NCBI GenBank assembly: GCA_963764525.1
Contig: CAVXTC010000029.1
Span: 143,447 to 207,446, forward strand
Direction: 5' to 3'
DNA from: an uncultured Pseudomonadota bacterium
Lineage (GTDB): Bacteria > Pseudomonadota > Alphaproteobacteria > Acetobacterales > Acetobacteraceae
DNA length: 64,000 nt
Shown here: piece by piece, positions 38,697 to 49,321 of the stretch
Numbering within the stretch: the stretch's first letter is position 1
How the letters are laid out: every line of letters starts with the position of its first letter
The notes under the pieces: model-generated
Told to the model about the DNA's origin: nothing
Seen by the model: only the letters and a program-made list of their open reading frames with translations
Databases searched by the model: none
Program-made: the position numbers and the translations under genes

Positions 38697-39296
38697 ATGC
38701 ATGACCACTTGCAGGTCTTTATGGCCATCGGGCTCGGGCTAGGGTTGGCGGTCGCGGTCGTCCAAGGCGCGGTTGCACAACAGAATCCGGTGACTGCGAT
38801 CGACATCGCGCTCGAAGCCGACGCAACGATGGTCCAGCACGCGATGGCCGCCAACGCTCGCCTCCGAAAGTCCTTCCCGAAGGGCTTTGCTCTGGATGAG
38901 ACGCACCACCCGCACATCTCCATGTTGCAGCAGTTCGTTCGCACGGACGACCTGGACAAGGTATATGCGGCGGCGAACGCAGTTCTGGCCAAAGAGAAGC
39001 CCACGGCATGGACGCTGAAGGCGATCAAGTATTACTACATCCCGGCTTCGCCGATCGGCGTCGCAGGGATAGTCATCGAACCGACTGAAGAGCTGCATCG
39101 GCTGCAAGATGAACTCATTGCCGCCGTCAAACCCTACGTTGTGAGGACCGGAACCCCGGCGGCGTTCTTCAGCAACGAGGGCGGACGCGACATTCAAGGA
39201 GCCTTGATCAGCTACGTCGCCAATTTCGTCACAGACGCGGCAGGCAAGCGTTTCAATCCACACGTGACGATCGGTGTCGAAACGGAAGCGTATTGA
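38697..39296 (+). CDS. 2H phosphoesterase superfamily protein (LigT/2'-5' RNA ligase-like) with signal peptide
   Basis: GGGAGGA then ATG 38697. Signal-like MHDHLQVFMAIGLGLGLAVAVVQGAVA. Two Hx(T/S) motifs, HPHISM and NPHVTIG. Confidence 0.7.
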   Translation: MHDHLQVFMAIGLGLGLAVAVVQGAVAQQNPVTAIDIALEADATMVQHAMAANARLRKSFPKGFALDETHHPHISMLQQFVRTDDLDKVYAAANAVLAKEKPTAWTLKAIKYYYIPASPIGVAGIVIEPTEELHRLQDELIAAVKPYVVRTGTPAAFFSNEGGRDIQGALISYVANFVTDAAGKRFNPHVTIGVETEAY

Positions 39297-39478
39297 ACAA
39301 GGTGTTGGCGGAGCCGTTCGCGTCGTTCACGTTCTCGCCGGCTGGCGCATCAGTCTATCAGCTTGGCAGCTTTGGCACGGCTCGAAAGGAACTCAGGGCG
39401 TTGACTCTGACGCCCTGAGGACGGCGGCAGACTCGCTGCGTCTCCATTACGGGCATATCTTCCGGAACATCCGAAAGT

Positions 39479-39634
39479 CTTGCAGACTGTGTGAAAACAC
39501 GGAAGCGCACGGAGAGCGCGCAAGATAGATTCACCGAAGATTGTTCCGTGGCATGTGTATGTCCTGCGCGAATGCCGGCGGATTTTAAAATTACTCATTG
39601 CCGTTACGGTCCGGAGTTTTCACACAGTCTGCTT
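39479..39634. repeat. 156-bp MITE-like element, copy B
   Basis: cttgcagactgtgtgaaaacacgg .. ttgccgttacggtccggagttttcacacagtctgctt. Same length and orientation as copy A. Confidence 0.6.
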
Positions 39635-39672
39635 GATTTGTGCCATCGCGGTGGCTGGGGGTAGGATACGGC

Positions 39673-40209
39673 GTGGAAATCGAAACGCCGCGCACTCGGC
39701 TTCGCTGCTGGGAGCAAACTGACCGGGACGCATTCGCTGCCATGCACGCGGACCCGGAGGTGATGCATGATTACGGTGGCCCGATCAGTCGGAGAGAAAG
39801 CGACGCAAAGTTTGATCGCTATGTGGCGACATATCATCAACATGGCTTTTGTCGTTGGGCCGTCAGCGGTCGAGACGGTGCTTTTCTCGGCTACGTTGGC
39901 ATTATGCCCTCGCGACCGGGCCATCCACTCGGTTCGCACTTCGGAATTGGTTGGCGTTTGGTTCGGCGGGCTTGGGGTTACGGGTATGCCACCGAAGCTG
40001 CAAGGGCGGCATTGGATGACGCCTTCTGCCGCGTCAGACTGGCCGAAGTGCTCGCCTACACGTCCCCCGAGAACCTAAGGTCGCGAGCGGTAATGGGCCG
40101 ATTGCAATTGCGCCGCGATCCGTCGCGCGATTTCACGGCAGACTACGACCCCATCAAGGGCTGGCAGGGGATGGTCTGGGTCGCACTCCCGACCGCCCAA
40201 AAGTCTTGA
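39673..40209 (+). CDS. GNAT family N-acetyltransferase (RimJ/RimL-like)
   Basis: (V)EIETPRTRLRCWEQTDRDAFAAMHADPEVM..IGWRLVRRAWGYGYATEAARAALDDAF... GTG start at 39673 is preferred over 39640, which lies inside the repeat. Confidence 0.75.
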   Translation: MEIETPRTRLRCWEQTDRDAFAAMHADPEVMHDYGGPISRRESDAKFDRYVATYHQHGFCRWAVSGRDGAFLGYVGIMPSRPGHPLGSHFGIGWRLVRRAWGYGYATEAARAALDDAFCRVRLAEVLAYTSPENLRSRAVMGRLQLRRDPSRDFTADYDPIKGWQGMVWVALPTAQKS

Positions 40210-40867
40210 TGGCCGGATGGATGATTACCTGGCACGTCCGAACTGCGGTGCCCTCAGCGTCAGCGGAACGGATCGACTGAGCATTGCGGACGGCCAAAGC
40301 GCCAAGCCCGTCAAAGGGGTGGACCGGGTGTGGCTGAAGCCGGTCGCAAGACATTCGGTCTGAGGCCGACGCATCATGCGATTTCTGCTGCCTGCGGCTC
40401 CGGCCGTCGCCCTGATGACGACGGCCGCCGGAGCGGAAGAAGTCCGAATCCTCGGCCTGGGATCCTCCCATTGCGGACCCTGGACGGCCGCACAGGTCGC
40501 GCTGGCAATCGACACGAAATTCGTATAACACCAAGCGGCGAAAACACTGGCGTTCAATTCGTCATTCCAGCGCAAAGCGAATCCAGGCCCCGCTCGCAAA
40601 ACCGGAGCAGCCCGTGGATGCCCGACCTCGCCGGCTTGACGTCGGGAGAGTTGGTCTCTTCGGGGTCTGGTAATAACTTCGCCGGCAGATGGCAGCGGGG
40701 CGTGCGCACCACCGACTACCACCCCACTGCGGTCAGGTATCTTCACATCAATTCCCAATCACCCGCACAGGCCGGCGAAAGAGAACAGTCATGATCGTCG
40801 ATTATAGCCCCCCCACACGACCCTGCCTTCGCCGATACTGCCCAATCCACTGAAATTGCGTCCCGGC

Positions 40868-41984
40868 ATGCGAATCCTATCCGTCATCGGCACCCGCCCC
40901 GAGGCCATCAAGATGGCGCCGATCATCCGCCGCCTCGCCGAAACCCCCAGCGTCACGTCGCTCGTCTGCGTCACCGCGCAGCACCGGCAGATGCTGGATC
41001 AGGTGCTGAACCTGTTCGCCATCCGCCCGGACCGCGACCTTGACGTGATGCGGGACGGCCAGGGGCTGACCTACATCACGACCGCGGTGCTCGAACGGCT
41101 GGGCCAGGTGTATGCCGACCTCCGGCCCGACCGCGTGCTGGTGCAGGGCGACACGACCACGACCTTCGCCGCCGCGCTGGCCGCGTTCTACGCCAAAATC
41201 CCCGTCGGCCACGTCGAAGCCGGATTGCGCACCGGCAACATCCACTCCCCCTGGCCGGAGGAAATGAACCGCCGGCTCACCACCGTGCTCGCCGACCTGC
41301 ACTTCCCGCCGACCGCCCAGGCGCGCGACAACCTGCTGCGCGAAGGCGTCGACCCCGCGCGCATCGTGGTCACCGGCAACACGGTGATCGACGCGCTGCT
41401 GGATGCGGTCGGCATCCTGGACGCCGACCCGGCCCGCGCCGCGGCGATCGACCGGGACCTGCCGCGCACGGATCCGGCGAAGCGGCTGATCCTGGTCACC
41501 GGCCACCGGCGGGAGAATTTCGACGGCGGCCTGGAACGGGTCGCGCGCGGCTTGCTGCGCCTCGCCGCGCGGGGCGACGTGGAGATCGTCTATCCGGTCC
41601 ACCTCAACCCGAACGTCCGCCGGGTCGCCGAGTCCCTGCTCGGCGCCCATCCGGCGATCCACCTGATCCCGCCGCTCGACTACCTGCCGTTCGTCCACCT
41701 GATGCGCCGCGCCGAGCTGATCATCACCGATTCCGGCGGCGTGCAGGAAGAAGCGCCGTCGCTCGGCAAGCCCGTGCTGGTCACCCGCGACACCACCGAA
41801 CGGCCGGAGGCGGTGGAGGCCGGCACCGTCGAGCTGGTCGGCACCGACACCGAAACCCTGGTGGCCCGCGCCACCCGCCTGCTCGACGACCGCGCCGCCT
41901 ACGAGGCAATGAGCTTCGCCCACAATCCCTATGGCGACGGCCGCGCCGCCGCCCGCATCACTGGAGGCCCTGCTGAATGGATAG
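40868..41984 (+). CDS. wecB: UDP-N-acetylglucosamine 2-epimerase (non-hydrolysing), frame shift near the 3' end
   Basis: MRILSVIGTRPEAIKMAPI..VTAQHRQMLDQVL..DLDVM..VQGDTTTTFAAALAAFY..PVGHVEAGLRT... The natural C-terminus ..LEALLNG-TAG (41982-41984) is reached only after a 1-nt shift near ~41958. Confidence 0.85.
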
Positions 41985-43226
41985 CTTCGCCCGCATCGCC
42001 GTCGTCGGGCTCGGCTATATCGGCCTGCCGACCGCCGCCGTCTTCGCCGAGAACGGCGTGGAGGTGGTCGGCGTCGACGTCAACCCGCGCGTGGTCGAAA
42101 CCATCAACGCCGGCCGGCCGCATTTCGGCGAGCCGAACCTGGATGCGCTGGTCCGCCGCGTGGTCGAGGCCGGCAAGCTGCGGGCCGCCTTGCAGATCGA
42201 GCCGGCGGACGCGTTCATCATCGCCGTCCCGACGCCGCTGCGCGGCCACGGGGAACGCGCGGCGCCGGACATCTCGTATGTCGAGGACGCGGCGCGAGCG
42301 GTGGCCCCGGTGCTGGACCACGGCAATCTGGTGATCCTGGAATCCACCTCGCCGGTCGGCACCACCGAGCGGATGGCGGCGATCATGGCCGAGCTGCGCC
42401 CCGACCTCACCTTCCCGCAGCAGAAGGGCGAGATGGCGGACATCCAGGTGGCGCACTGCCCCGAGCGCGTGCTGCCCGGCCGCATCCTGGAGGAGGTCGT
42501 GAACAACCCGCGCGTCATCGGCGGCATGACCCGCAAATGCGCCCAGCGCGCGCTCAGCCTCTATCGGATCATGGTGCGCGGCGAATGCCGGGTGACCACC
42601 GCGCGCACCGCCGAACTGGCGAAGCTGACCGAGAACGCCTATCGCGACGTCAACATCGCCTTCGCCAACGAGCTGTCGTTCATCTGCGACCGGCTGCGGA
42701 TCAACGTCTGGGACCTGATCGCGATGGCCAATCTGCATCCGCGGGTCAACATCCTGAGCCCCGGCCCCGGCGTCGGCGGCCACTGCATCGCGGTCGATCC
42801 GTGGTTCATCGTCGCCACCAACCCGCAGGAGGCGAAGCTGATCCGCGCGGCGCGGCTGATCAACGACAGCAAGCCGGATTTCGTCGTCGCCAAGGTGCGC
42901 GAGCGGGCCGCGGCGCTGAAACAGCCGGTGATCGCCTGCCTCGGGCTGGCATACAAGAAGGACGTGGACGATCTGCGCGAAAGCCCGGCGGTCGAGATCG
43001 TGCGCAAGCTGGCCGAGGCAAATCTGGCGAGCTGCTGGTGGTGGAGCCGCACGTCGGCCGGCTGCCGCCGGAACTGGCCGATCTCGGCCTGGAGCTGCAC
43101 GATTTCGACGCCGCGCTGGAGCGCGCCAATCTGGTGCTGCTGCTGGTCGATCACATGAGCTTCCTGCAGGTCGACCGCGACGTGCTCAAGGACAAGTTCG
43201 TCATCGACACCCGCGGCGCCTGGTGA
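41977..43226 (+). CDS. wecC: UDP-N-acetyl-D-mannosamine dehydrogenase (UDP-glucose/GDP-mannose dehydrogenase family), one frame shift
   Basis: IAVVGLGYIGLPTAAVFAENG.. Rossmann N-terminus and ..LGLAYKKDVDDLRESPA... The C-terminus continues in the frame of ORF 42537..43226 (..LLVVEPHV..VIDTRGAW). Shift near ~43025. Confidence 0.85.
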
Positions 43227-43237
43227 CCGCGCCGCGT

Positions 43238-43332
43238 CGCCCCTCCCGCAAGAGGAGGGGGCTGCGTTTCCCCTCCCCTTGTGGGCGGGGGCAACCCCTC
43301 CCCCGCCTCCTCCCGCAAGGGGAGGTGGGGTA
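43238..43332. repeat. three tandem C-run/G-run hairpins, family B
   Basis: gcccctcccgcaagaggagggggc, tcccctccccttgtgggcggggg and cctcctcccgcaaggggaggtgggg, between wecC and the glycosyltransferase gene. Confidence 0.7.
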
Positions 43333-43336
43333 GGCG

Positions 43337-44550
43337 ATGCGCATCCTGCACGTCTTCGACCACTCGCTGCCGTTGCAAAGCGGCTACGTGTATCGCTCGC
43401 TCGGCATCCTGGCGCGCAGCGCGGTTTCGGCTGGGACACGATCCAGCTCACCGGTCCGCGGCACAACGAATGGCGCGCGCCGGCCGAGACCGTCGACGGC
43501 TGGACTTTCCATCGCACCCCGAGGCCGCACGGCCGCTCGCTGCGCGCGCCGCATCGCCCGGGAAGCGCTGGAAATGCGGGCGCTGGCCGCGCGGCTGACG
43601 GAGGTGATCCGCGCCAACGCCCGGACATCGTCCATGCCCACTCGCCGGTTCTGGTCGGCTGGCCGGCGCTGCGCGCCGCTCGCCGGGCCGGCCTGCCGTT
43701 CGTCTACGAGGTGCGCGGCCTGTGGGAGGACGCGGCGGTTGATCTCGGCCATTCCCGCGAGGGTGATCTGCGCTACCGCGCGACCCGCGCGCTCGAGACG
43801 CGGCTGTTGCGCCGGGCCGATGCGGTGGTGACGCTGTGCGAGGGCATGCGGCGGGAACTGGCCGGCCGCGGCATGCCGGAAGCGGGATCTCGGTCGTGCC
43901 CAATGCGGTCGACCGGCGCTGTTCCGCGCGCCGCAGCCGAAGGATCCGGCTGCTGGAGGACGGACGGGGCTGGCCGGGCGGACCGTGCTCGGGTTCATCG
44001 GCTCGTTCTACCATTACGAGGGGCTCGACCTGCTGCTGGAAGCGCTGCCGGCGATCCGCGAGCGCGTGCCCCGAGGTGGCGGTGCTGCTGGTCGGCGGCG
44101 GCCCGATGGCGGAAGCCTTGCGCGCAGCGTGCCGCCGGGCGTGGACTTGGGGGAGCCGTCCACTTCACCGGCCGGGTGCCGCATGCCGAGGTGCGGCGCT
44201 AGTACGATCTGATCGACTTCCTGGTGTTTCCGCGCCGGCGCATGCGGCTGACCGAGCTGGTGACGCCGCTCAAGCCGGTCGAGGCCATGGCCGAGGGGCG
44301 GCTGGTGATCGCCTCCGACGTCGGCGGCCATCGCGAGCTGATCGAGGACGGCACGACCGGTTTCTTGTTCGCCGCCGACGATCTCGCCGCGCTGGCCCGC
44401 CGCGTGCAACAGGCGATCGCGGCCGTCGATCGGCACGACGCAATGCGCCAAGCCGCCCGCGATTTCGTCGCCGCCGAACGAATTTGGCCGGTGAGCGCCG
44501 CGAATTACCGACCGGTCTATGAACGGCTGGCGGGGAAGCAAGCAAGATAG
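43337..44550 (+). pseudogene. family-4 glycosyltransferase of the PEP-CTERM/exosortase-associated type, heavily disrupted
   Basis: MRILHVFDHSLPLQSGYVYRS.. N-terminus. Segments ..AQRGFGWDTIQLTGPRH.., ..DIVHAHSPVL..VYEVRGLWEDAAV.., ..VLGFIGSFYHYEGLDLLLEA.. and ..VTPLKPVEAMAEGRLVIASDVGGHRELIEDGTTG.. lie in all three frames (at least 6 shifts). There is also an in-frame TAG at 44200-44202 (..HAEVRR*YDLIDF..). Confidence 0.75.
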
Positions 44551-44676
44551 TCCGACTGTGGTTGGACTGGCATGTTGCCTTGCCGGCTCGCGAGCGTGCG
44601 GCATACGCGGTCGTTCATCGGTAAGATGAACGGCCGGCCGCCAGTCCGGCCCGCCCGACGATATCACCAGGGACCA

Positions 44677-45668
44677 TTACCCGTGCGCCAGCCGATACGC
44701 CGACCCCAGCAGGTCGAACAAATCGAGCAGCCGCGCCACGTAGTGGTCATGCACCGCGAAGGCCGGCGCGGCGGGGTCCAGCATCTGCCGTTCCAGCGCG
44801 TCCAGCATCCGGTTCAGCCGCCGCGCATGCAGCCCCAGCCGCCGCTGAACCGGATCGGATACGAGCCCGGCAAACGCCGCGACGCAGGCGGCGCCGACCA
44901 TCAGCCCGCCGGTCAGCCCGGCCACCAGCACCAGCGACGGAGCCGCCGGGAACATCGCATACCACACGCCCCCCAGCCCGGCGCCCAACGGAAATGCCGC
45001 GATCGCCGATTGCTGCGCCATCAGCGCCGCCAGCGCCGGGCCCAGCGTCACCGCGCCCGGCGTGAGCTGCTTCAGCGCCAGCGCGCCCGACCCGAGCGTC
45101 AGCAACGACGTGGTGATCTCGGCCGCGGCGGCGCGGGTCGCGGCATAGCTGGTCATCGCCTCAGCAAGGCGGGCGCGGAAAGCCGGATCGTCGCCCCGGC
45201 GCCCGATCGCCGCCAGCGTCTGCTCGGCCAGTTCGGCGACCCGCGGGTCGTCCAGGATCGTCTCGGCCAGCGCGTCGCGGCCGCCGCCCCGCCTGCCGCC
45301 ACCGGAAGTTCCAGCAGTTCGGTACAGACCAGCCGCTCGATCCGGCGCGACACGTCGGTGCGCAGGAGCAGGCTTCGTGCCTGCAGGCGGCGTCCCACGC
45401 GCCTTGCTCCCAGCGTTGCCGCAACGGCTCCGGCCGCCTGCATCCCGGCATGCGGGGCGGCCAGCAGCAGGTTGGCCGGCGCCCGCAGCACATCGGCACC
45501 GAGGGCGGCGCGATGGATTACGGCGCTGCCGCGGAACGAAAAGTGCCGATCCACGAACGGCTGCACGCGCGCCCGCCGCGCCGCGAAATAGCGGCGGATG
45601 CCATCCTCCACGATCGTGGCGATCAGCTCATGGGGCGGTGAAGGCATAGACCCGGCCATCCCCGGCAA
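44677..45668 (-). CDS. conserved hypothetical membrane protein, one frame shift
   Basis: ORF 45153..45668 (..IVEDGIRRYFAARRARVQPFVDRHFSF..) joins ORF 44677..45156 through ..GGRDALAETILDDPRVAELAEQTLAAIGRRGDDPAFRARLAEAMTSYA.., which is open in the downstream frame. Shift near ~45290 in a GC-run. The C-terminal half is hydrophobic. Confidence 0.5.
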
Positions 45669-47111
45669 TATAGAGCCGCCCGTCGGCCGCCAGGATGGTC
45701 ACGAAATGGCGCAATCCAGTGAGCGCCTCGGGGCTGCTGTAGATCGCCTGGCCGGTATCGCCGCGGAAGCCGTGCAGCCGGTCGTCGCCCTCGGCGCCGG
45801 CCGCCCAGACGATCGGCTCCGAGGTGCCGTCCGTGGTGGTGACGATCGGCGCGCCGCGCCCATCCAGCGGCGCACACCAAGCCGGCGTCAGACCGCCCTG
45901 CCCTGCCGCGGTAACGGCGATGGCCGCCAGCCCACCGACCTCCCGGCCGTTCGGGCAGACGGCGCGGCGCGCCTGATAGACCACCAGCACGCGGTCGTTG
46001 CCACGAATACGACGCCGGCCCGGTGATGATCAGGCTGCCGGCGGCGCGCCGCATCGCCAACTGCCCGCCGATGCCGCCCAGATCGTCACGGTTCAGCAGG
46101 TACGCATTGCCGTCCTTGCCCAGCGCCAGCAGCAGCCGGGCCCCGCCCGGCAGCGTGATCGGCATCGGATTGACCCCGGCGAGGTCCAGGTCGTCGTCAT
46201 CCAGCGCCTTCCAGTTGGCCGGCGCGAACACGTCCCGCGGGCTGGCTGAATGAGCCAGATCGGGGCCAAGGCGGAACACGCCCTCGCCGTCCGCCCATTC
46301 CTTCGCACCATCGGTATTGCCGGTGGAGACGAACAGCGCCTGCCCGTCGGAACTGATACCGCCGGGCGCCCAGATACCGCCTTTCAGCCCACGCGTCTCC
46401 CAGGCGGTGACAGGCTGGGACGGAGCAGTGGCCAGCCCCAGGACGATGCCGCGATACGTCCCGCAATCGCCGAACTGGCCGCTGAACGCCACGAACACGC
46501 GCCCGTCGAACAGCGCCAGTGCGGCCCGCTGGTTCTGCTGGCGCGGCGTGAAGGCGATGCCCTTCGACTGCAACGCCTGTTGCACATCGACCGGCCAGCC
46601 CGGCAGCACGCTCCCGTCGGACAGCCGCAGTCCGAACACGAGGTGCTCGGGCGCACCGCCGCGCGACACCACCGCGTCCAGGTAGATCGCCCCGGTGGCG
46701 GGATCGATGACCGGCGTGCCGGTGATGCCGAGCGGGTTGACGTCGCCGCACGGCAGCGCTGCCCGCGAGACCGGCGATCCGAGCGTGACCTGCCAGACGC
46801 TTCGCCCGGTCTCGGCATCGAGCGCGGCCACCACGTCATTCTCGGTCGCCACGATGATCAGGCCGTGCGCCGCACCGGCTGGCTTCCAGTACAGCGGCTG
46901 GGCATAGACATGGCCATCGACCCGGCCGTCGAAGCTGGTATCGCGGCGCAGGGCGTGCGCCGTTTCCCAGGTCAGGCCCGGCATCACGTAGTCGCCGCTG
47001 CGGGCGGGATCGCCGTGATAGGCGGGGATGGTCGCGTCGGTGGGGATCGCGGCGGCTCGCAGGTACGAGCCCGCCGGACAGGCAAATCAGGATGGCAAGA
47101 ACGTAACGCAT
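45628..47111 (-). CDS. secreted PQQ-like/BamB-like beta-propeller repeat protein, two frame shifts
   Basis: Signal MRYVLAILICLSGGLV (ATG 47111). ..HVYAQPLYW..IIVATENDVVAALDAETGRSVWQ.. (ORF 45623..46987). C-terminal ..RLYIAGDGRVYAFTAP (ORF 45628..45990). Shifts near ~47060 and ~46010. Confidence 0.65.
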
Positions 47112-47205
47112 GAGCCGACCTCCGCCCGCAACCGGATGGCCGTTCAGGCTGCGACTGGTTGGGGTGTTCGGCAAGGGCAGTTGTCATGCCTCGCCGATTT
47201 CACCG

Positions 47206-47233
47206 TCATGCCCGGCCCTTGAGCCGGGCATCC
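47206..47233. repeat. REP-like hairpin, family C
   Basis: gtcatgcccggc-ccttga-gccgggcatcc. Confidence 0.4.
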
Positions 47234-47390
47234 AACGCAAATTCCACGATGCTCGGTGCTGCGTTGGAGGTTCCCGGGCCAAGCCGGACAGGCGGGACGA
47301 TGAAACTACCGGCCAGCAACGGTACGTTGGCGCTTATGCGCCTTCCCGGGATGACGGGATCGCGCCGGCCGGGTAGTTCGTGGCGGACTC

Positions 47391-47957
47391 TCAGACGTTC
47401 GGCTGTTCGGTGTCGGGCTCGAACAACGCGGCGACGTCGAGCTCCGGCTGCTCCTCGTCCTCGGCGCTGACGCGTTCGCCGCGCGCCTGCTTCTCGGCCT
47501 CATCGGGGCTGCGGGCAACGTTGACGGTGACCGGGATAAGTACCTCGGGGTGCAGCACCACGCGTACCGGCGACAGGCCGAGCGTCTTGATCGGATGGAC
47601 CAGCACCACCTGGCTGCGATCGATCGTCAGCCCGGCCGCGGCGGCGGCCTCGGCGATGTCGCGCGCCGACACCGAGCCGTACAGGCTGCCGGATTCGCCG
47701 GCCTGGCGGATGATGACGACGGTCAGGCCGCCGACGCGCTCGGCGACCCGCTCGGCTTCCTCGCGGCGGCGCAGGTTCTGCGCTTCAAGCTGCGCGCGCT
47801 GCTGTTCGAACCGCTCGCGGTTCTCCTTGTTGGCGCGGAGCGCCTTCTTCTGCGGCAGCAGGAAGTTGCGCGCGTAGCCCGGCTTGACCTTCACCACCTC
47901 GCCCATCTGGCCGAGATGCTCGACGCGTTGCAGCAGGATCAGTTCCACGGCGGGCAT
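47391..47957 (-). CDS. rplI: 50S ribosomal protein L9
   Basis: [39 protein letters not shown]. Confidence 0.95.
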   Translation of the reverse strand: MPAVELILLQRVEHLGQMGEVVKVKPGYARNFLLPQKKALRANKENRERFEQQRAQLEAQNLRRREEAERVAERVGGLTVVIIRQAGESGSLYGSVSARDIAEAAAAAGLTIDRSQVVLVHPIKTLGLSPVRVVLHPEVLIPVTVNVARSPDEAEKQARGERVSAEDEEQPELDVAALFEPDTEQPNV

Positions 47958-47967
47958 GATGGCTCCG

Positions 47968-48243
47968 TCAGCTCACGATGTAGGGCAGCAGCGCCAGGAA
48001 GCGGGCGCGCTTGATCGCCAGCGCCAGCTCCCGCTGCTTCTTGGCCGAGACCGCGGTGATGCGGGACGGCACGATCTTGCCGCGTTCCGACAGGAAGCGC
48101 GACAGCAGGCGGACGTCCTTGTAGTCGATCTTCGGCGCGTTCGGCCCGGAGAACGGGCAGGACTTTCGCCGCCGATAGAACGGCCGGCGAGCACCGACCG
48201 CGGCGCGGCGGGTGGCGGGATTTACATCGGTGGTGTCGGACAT
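47968..48243 (-). CDS. rpsR: 30S ribosomal protein S18
   Basis: ..[62 protein letters not shown]. Confidence 0.95.
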   Translation of the reverse strand: MSDTTDVNPATRRAAVGARRPFYRRRKSCPFSGPNAPKIDYKDVRLLSRFLSERGKIVPSRITAVSAKKQRELALAIKRARFLALLPYIVS

Positions 48244-48249
48244 GGCGGC

Positions 48250-48714
48250 TTACTCCTCCGGGCCGGGGCGGAATTCCTCGGACGCCCCTTCGCGGGCGCG
48301 GAATTCCTCGCGATCGTCGTAGCCGCGGCGGCGGCCGCTATCGAAGCGCCCGGGCGGCCGCGGGCCGCGGAAGCTGCGCTCCCGCTCGTCGGCCTTGCGC
48401 GACAGGATGGCGGACTGGGCTTCCTCGATCTCCTCCACGCGGATGGTCATGAAGCGGAGGATGTCTTCGTTCAGGCCGAGCAGACGTTCCATTTCCGTCA
48501 CGAAGGCCGGTTTGGCGTCCAGGCCGAGCAGCATGTAGTGGCCCTTGCGGTTCTTCTTGATCCGGTAGGCCAGGCTGCGCAGGCCCCAGTATTCGCGCTT
48601 CTTGACCGCGCCGCCGTCGGTTTCGAGGTCGGTGGCGATCTGGTCGGCGATGGCATCGACCTGCTGCTGCGTGACGTCGTTGCGTGCGATCAGCACGCAT
48701 TCATAGAGGGGCAT
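48250..48714 (-). CDS. rpsF: 30S ribosomal protein S6
   Basis: MPLYECVLIARNDVTQQQVDAI..REYWGLRSLAYRIKKNRKGHYML.. with an acidic/basic C-terminal tail. Confidence 0.95.
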   Translation of the reverse strand: MPLYECVLIARNDVTQQQVDAIADQIATDLETDGGAVKKREYWGLRSLAYRIKKNRKGHYMLLGLDAKPAFVTEMERLLGLNEDILRFMTIRVEEIEEAQSAILSRKADERERSFRGPRPPGRFDSGRRRGYDDREEFRAREGASEEFRPGPEE

Positions 48715-49083
48715 GACCTCTCCCTTTGGATGGCTTCAGCCCCGGCCCGCATGGGCCACACCCCGAAGGGGATGTTGGGCATAGCCGGGGCGGTGCCCCG
48801 GCAGGGAAGCGGCGGCGTTAAGCACGGATCGGGGTGGGGTGCAACTGGGGGGTCGAGCGGTGGCGCGGGTTAACGTCGGGAGGGTGGAAAGCGGCCCGCC
48901 GATACGAGAGGACCATCGTAGGAACGGGACGTTGGCCGCATGGGCGGGCTTCAGCGGTGACAGCTGCAGCGGGCCGGATCGACCGTTGCCGACGCTTTCA
49001 AGAAAATCGAAAACTTCCTGTCGGACTGACAAGCTCTCGCCCGTCCTCGGGGTATGGATCGACAATTCATGGGAGCAAGGGTC

Positions 49084-49304
<221 letters not shown>

Positions 49305-49321
49305 AGAGGGAAGGAAACCGC

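Noticed and set aside
40376-40531. 51-codon ORF with a signal-peptide-like start (MRFLLPAAPAVALMTTAAGAEEVRILGLGSSHCGPW..)
   Set aside because: This is possibly the broken 5' part of a small secreted protein. I could not follow a continuation in another frame or name a family, so the evidence is too weak for a feature call.
40877-41923. 348-aa minus-strand ORF
   Set aside because: Antisense to wecB. No motifs.
47240-47390. Possible terminator or ncRNA downstream of rplI
   Set aside because: The region contains REP-like palindromes (ttcccgggccaagccgg.., cccggccgg) but no stem followed by a U-tract on the minus strand. It is not distinguishable from ordinary REP sequence.
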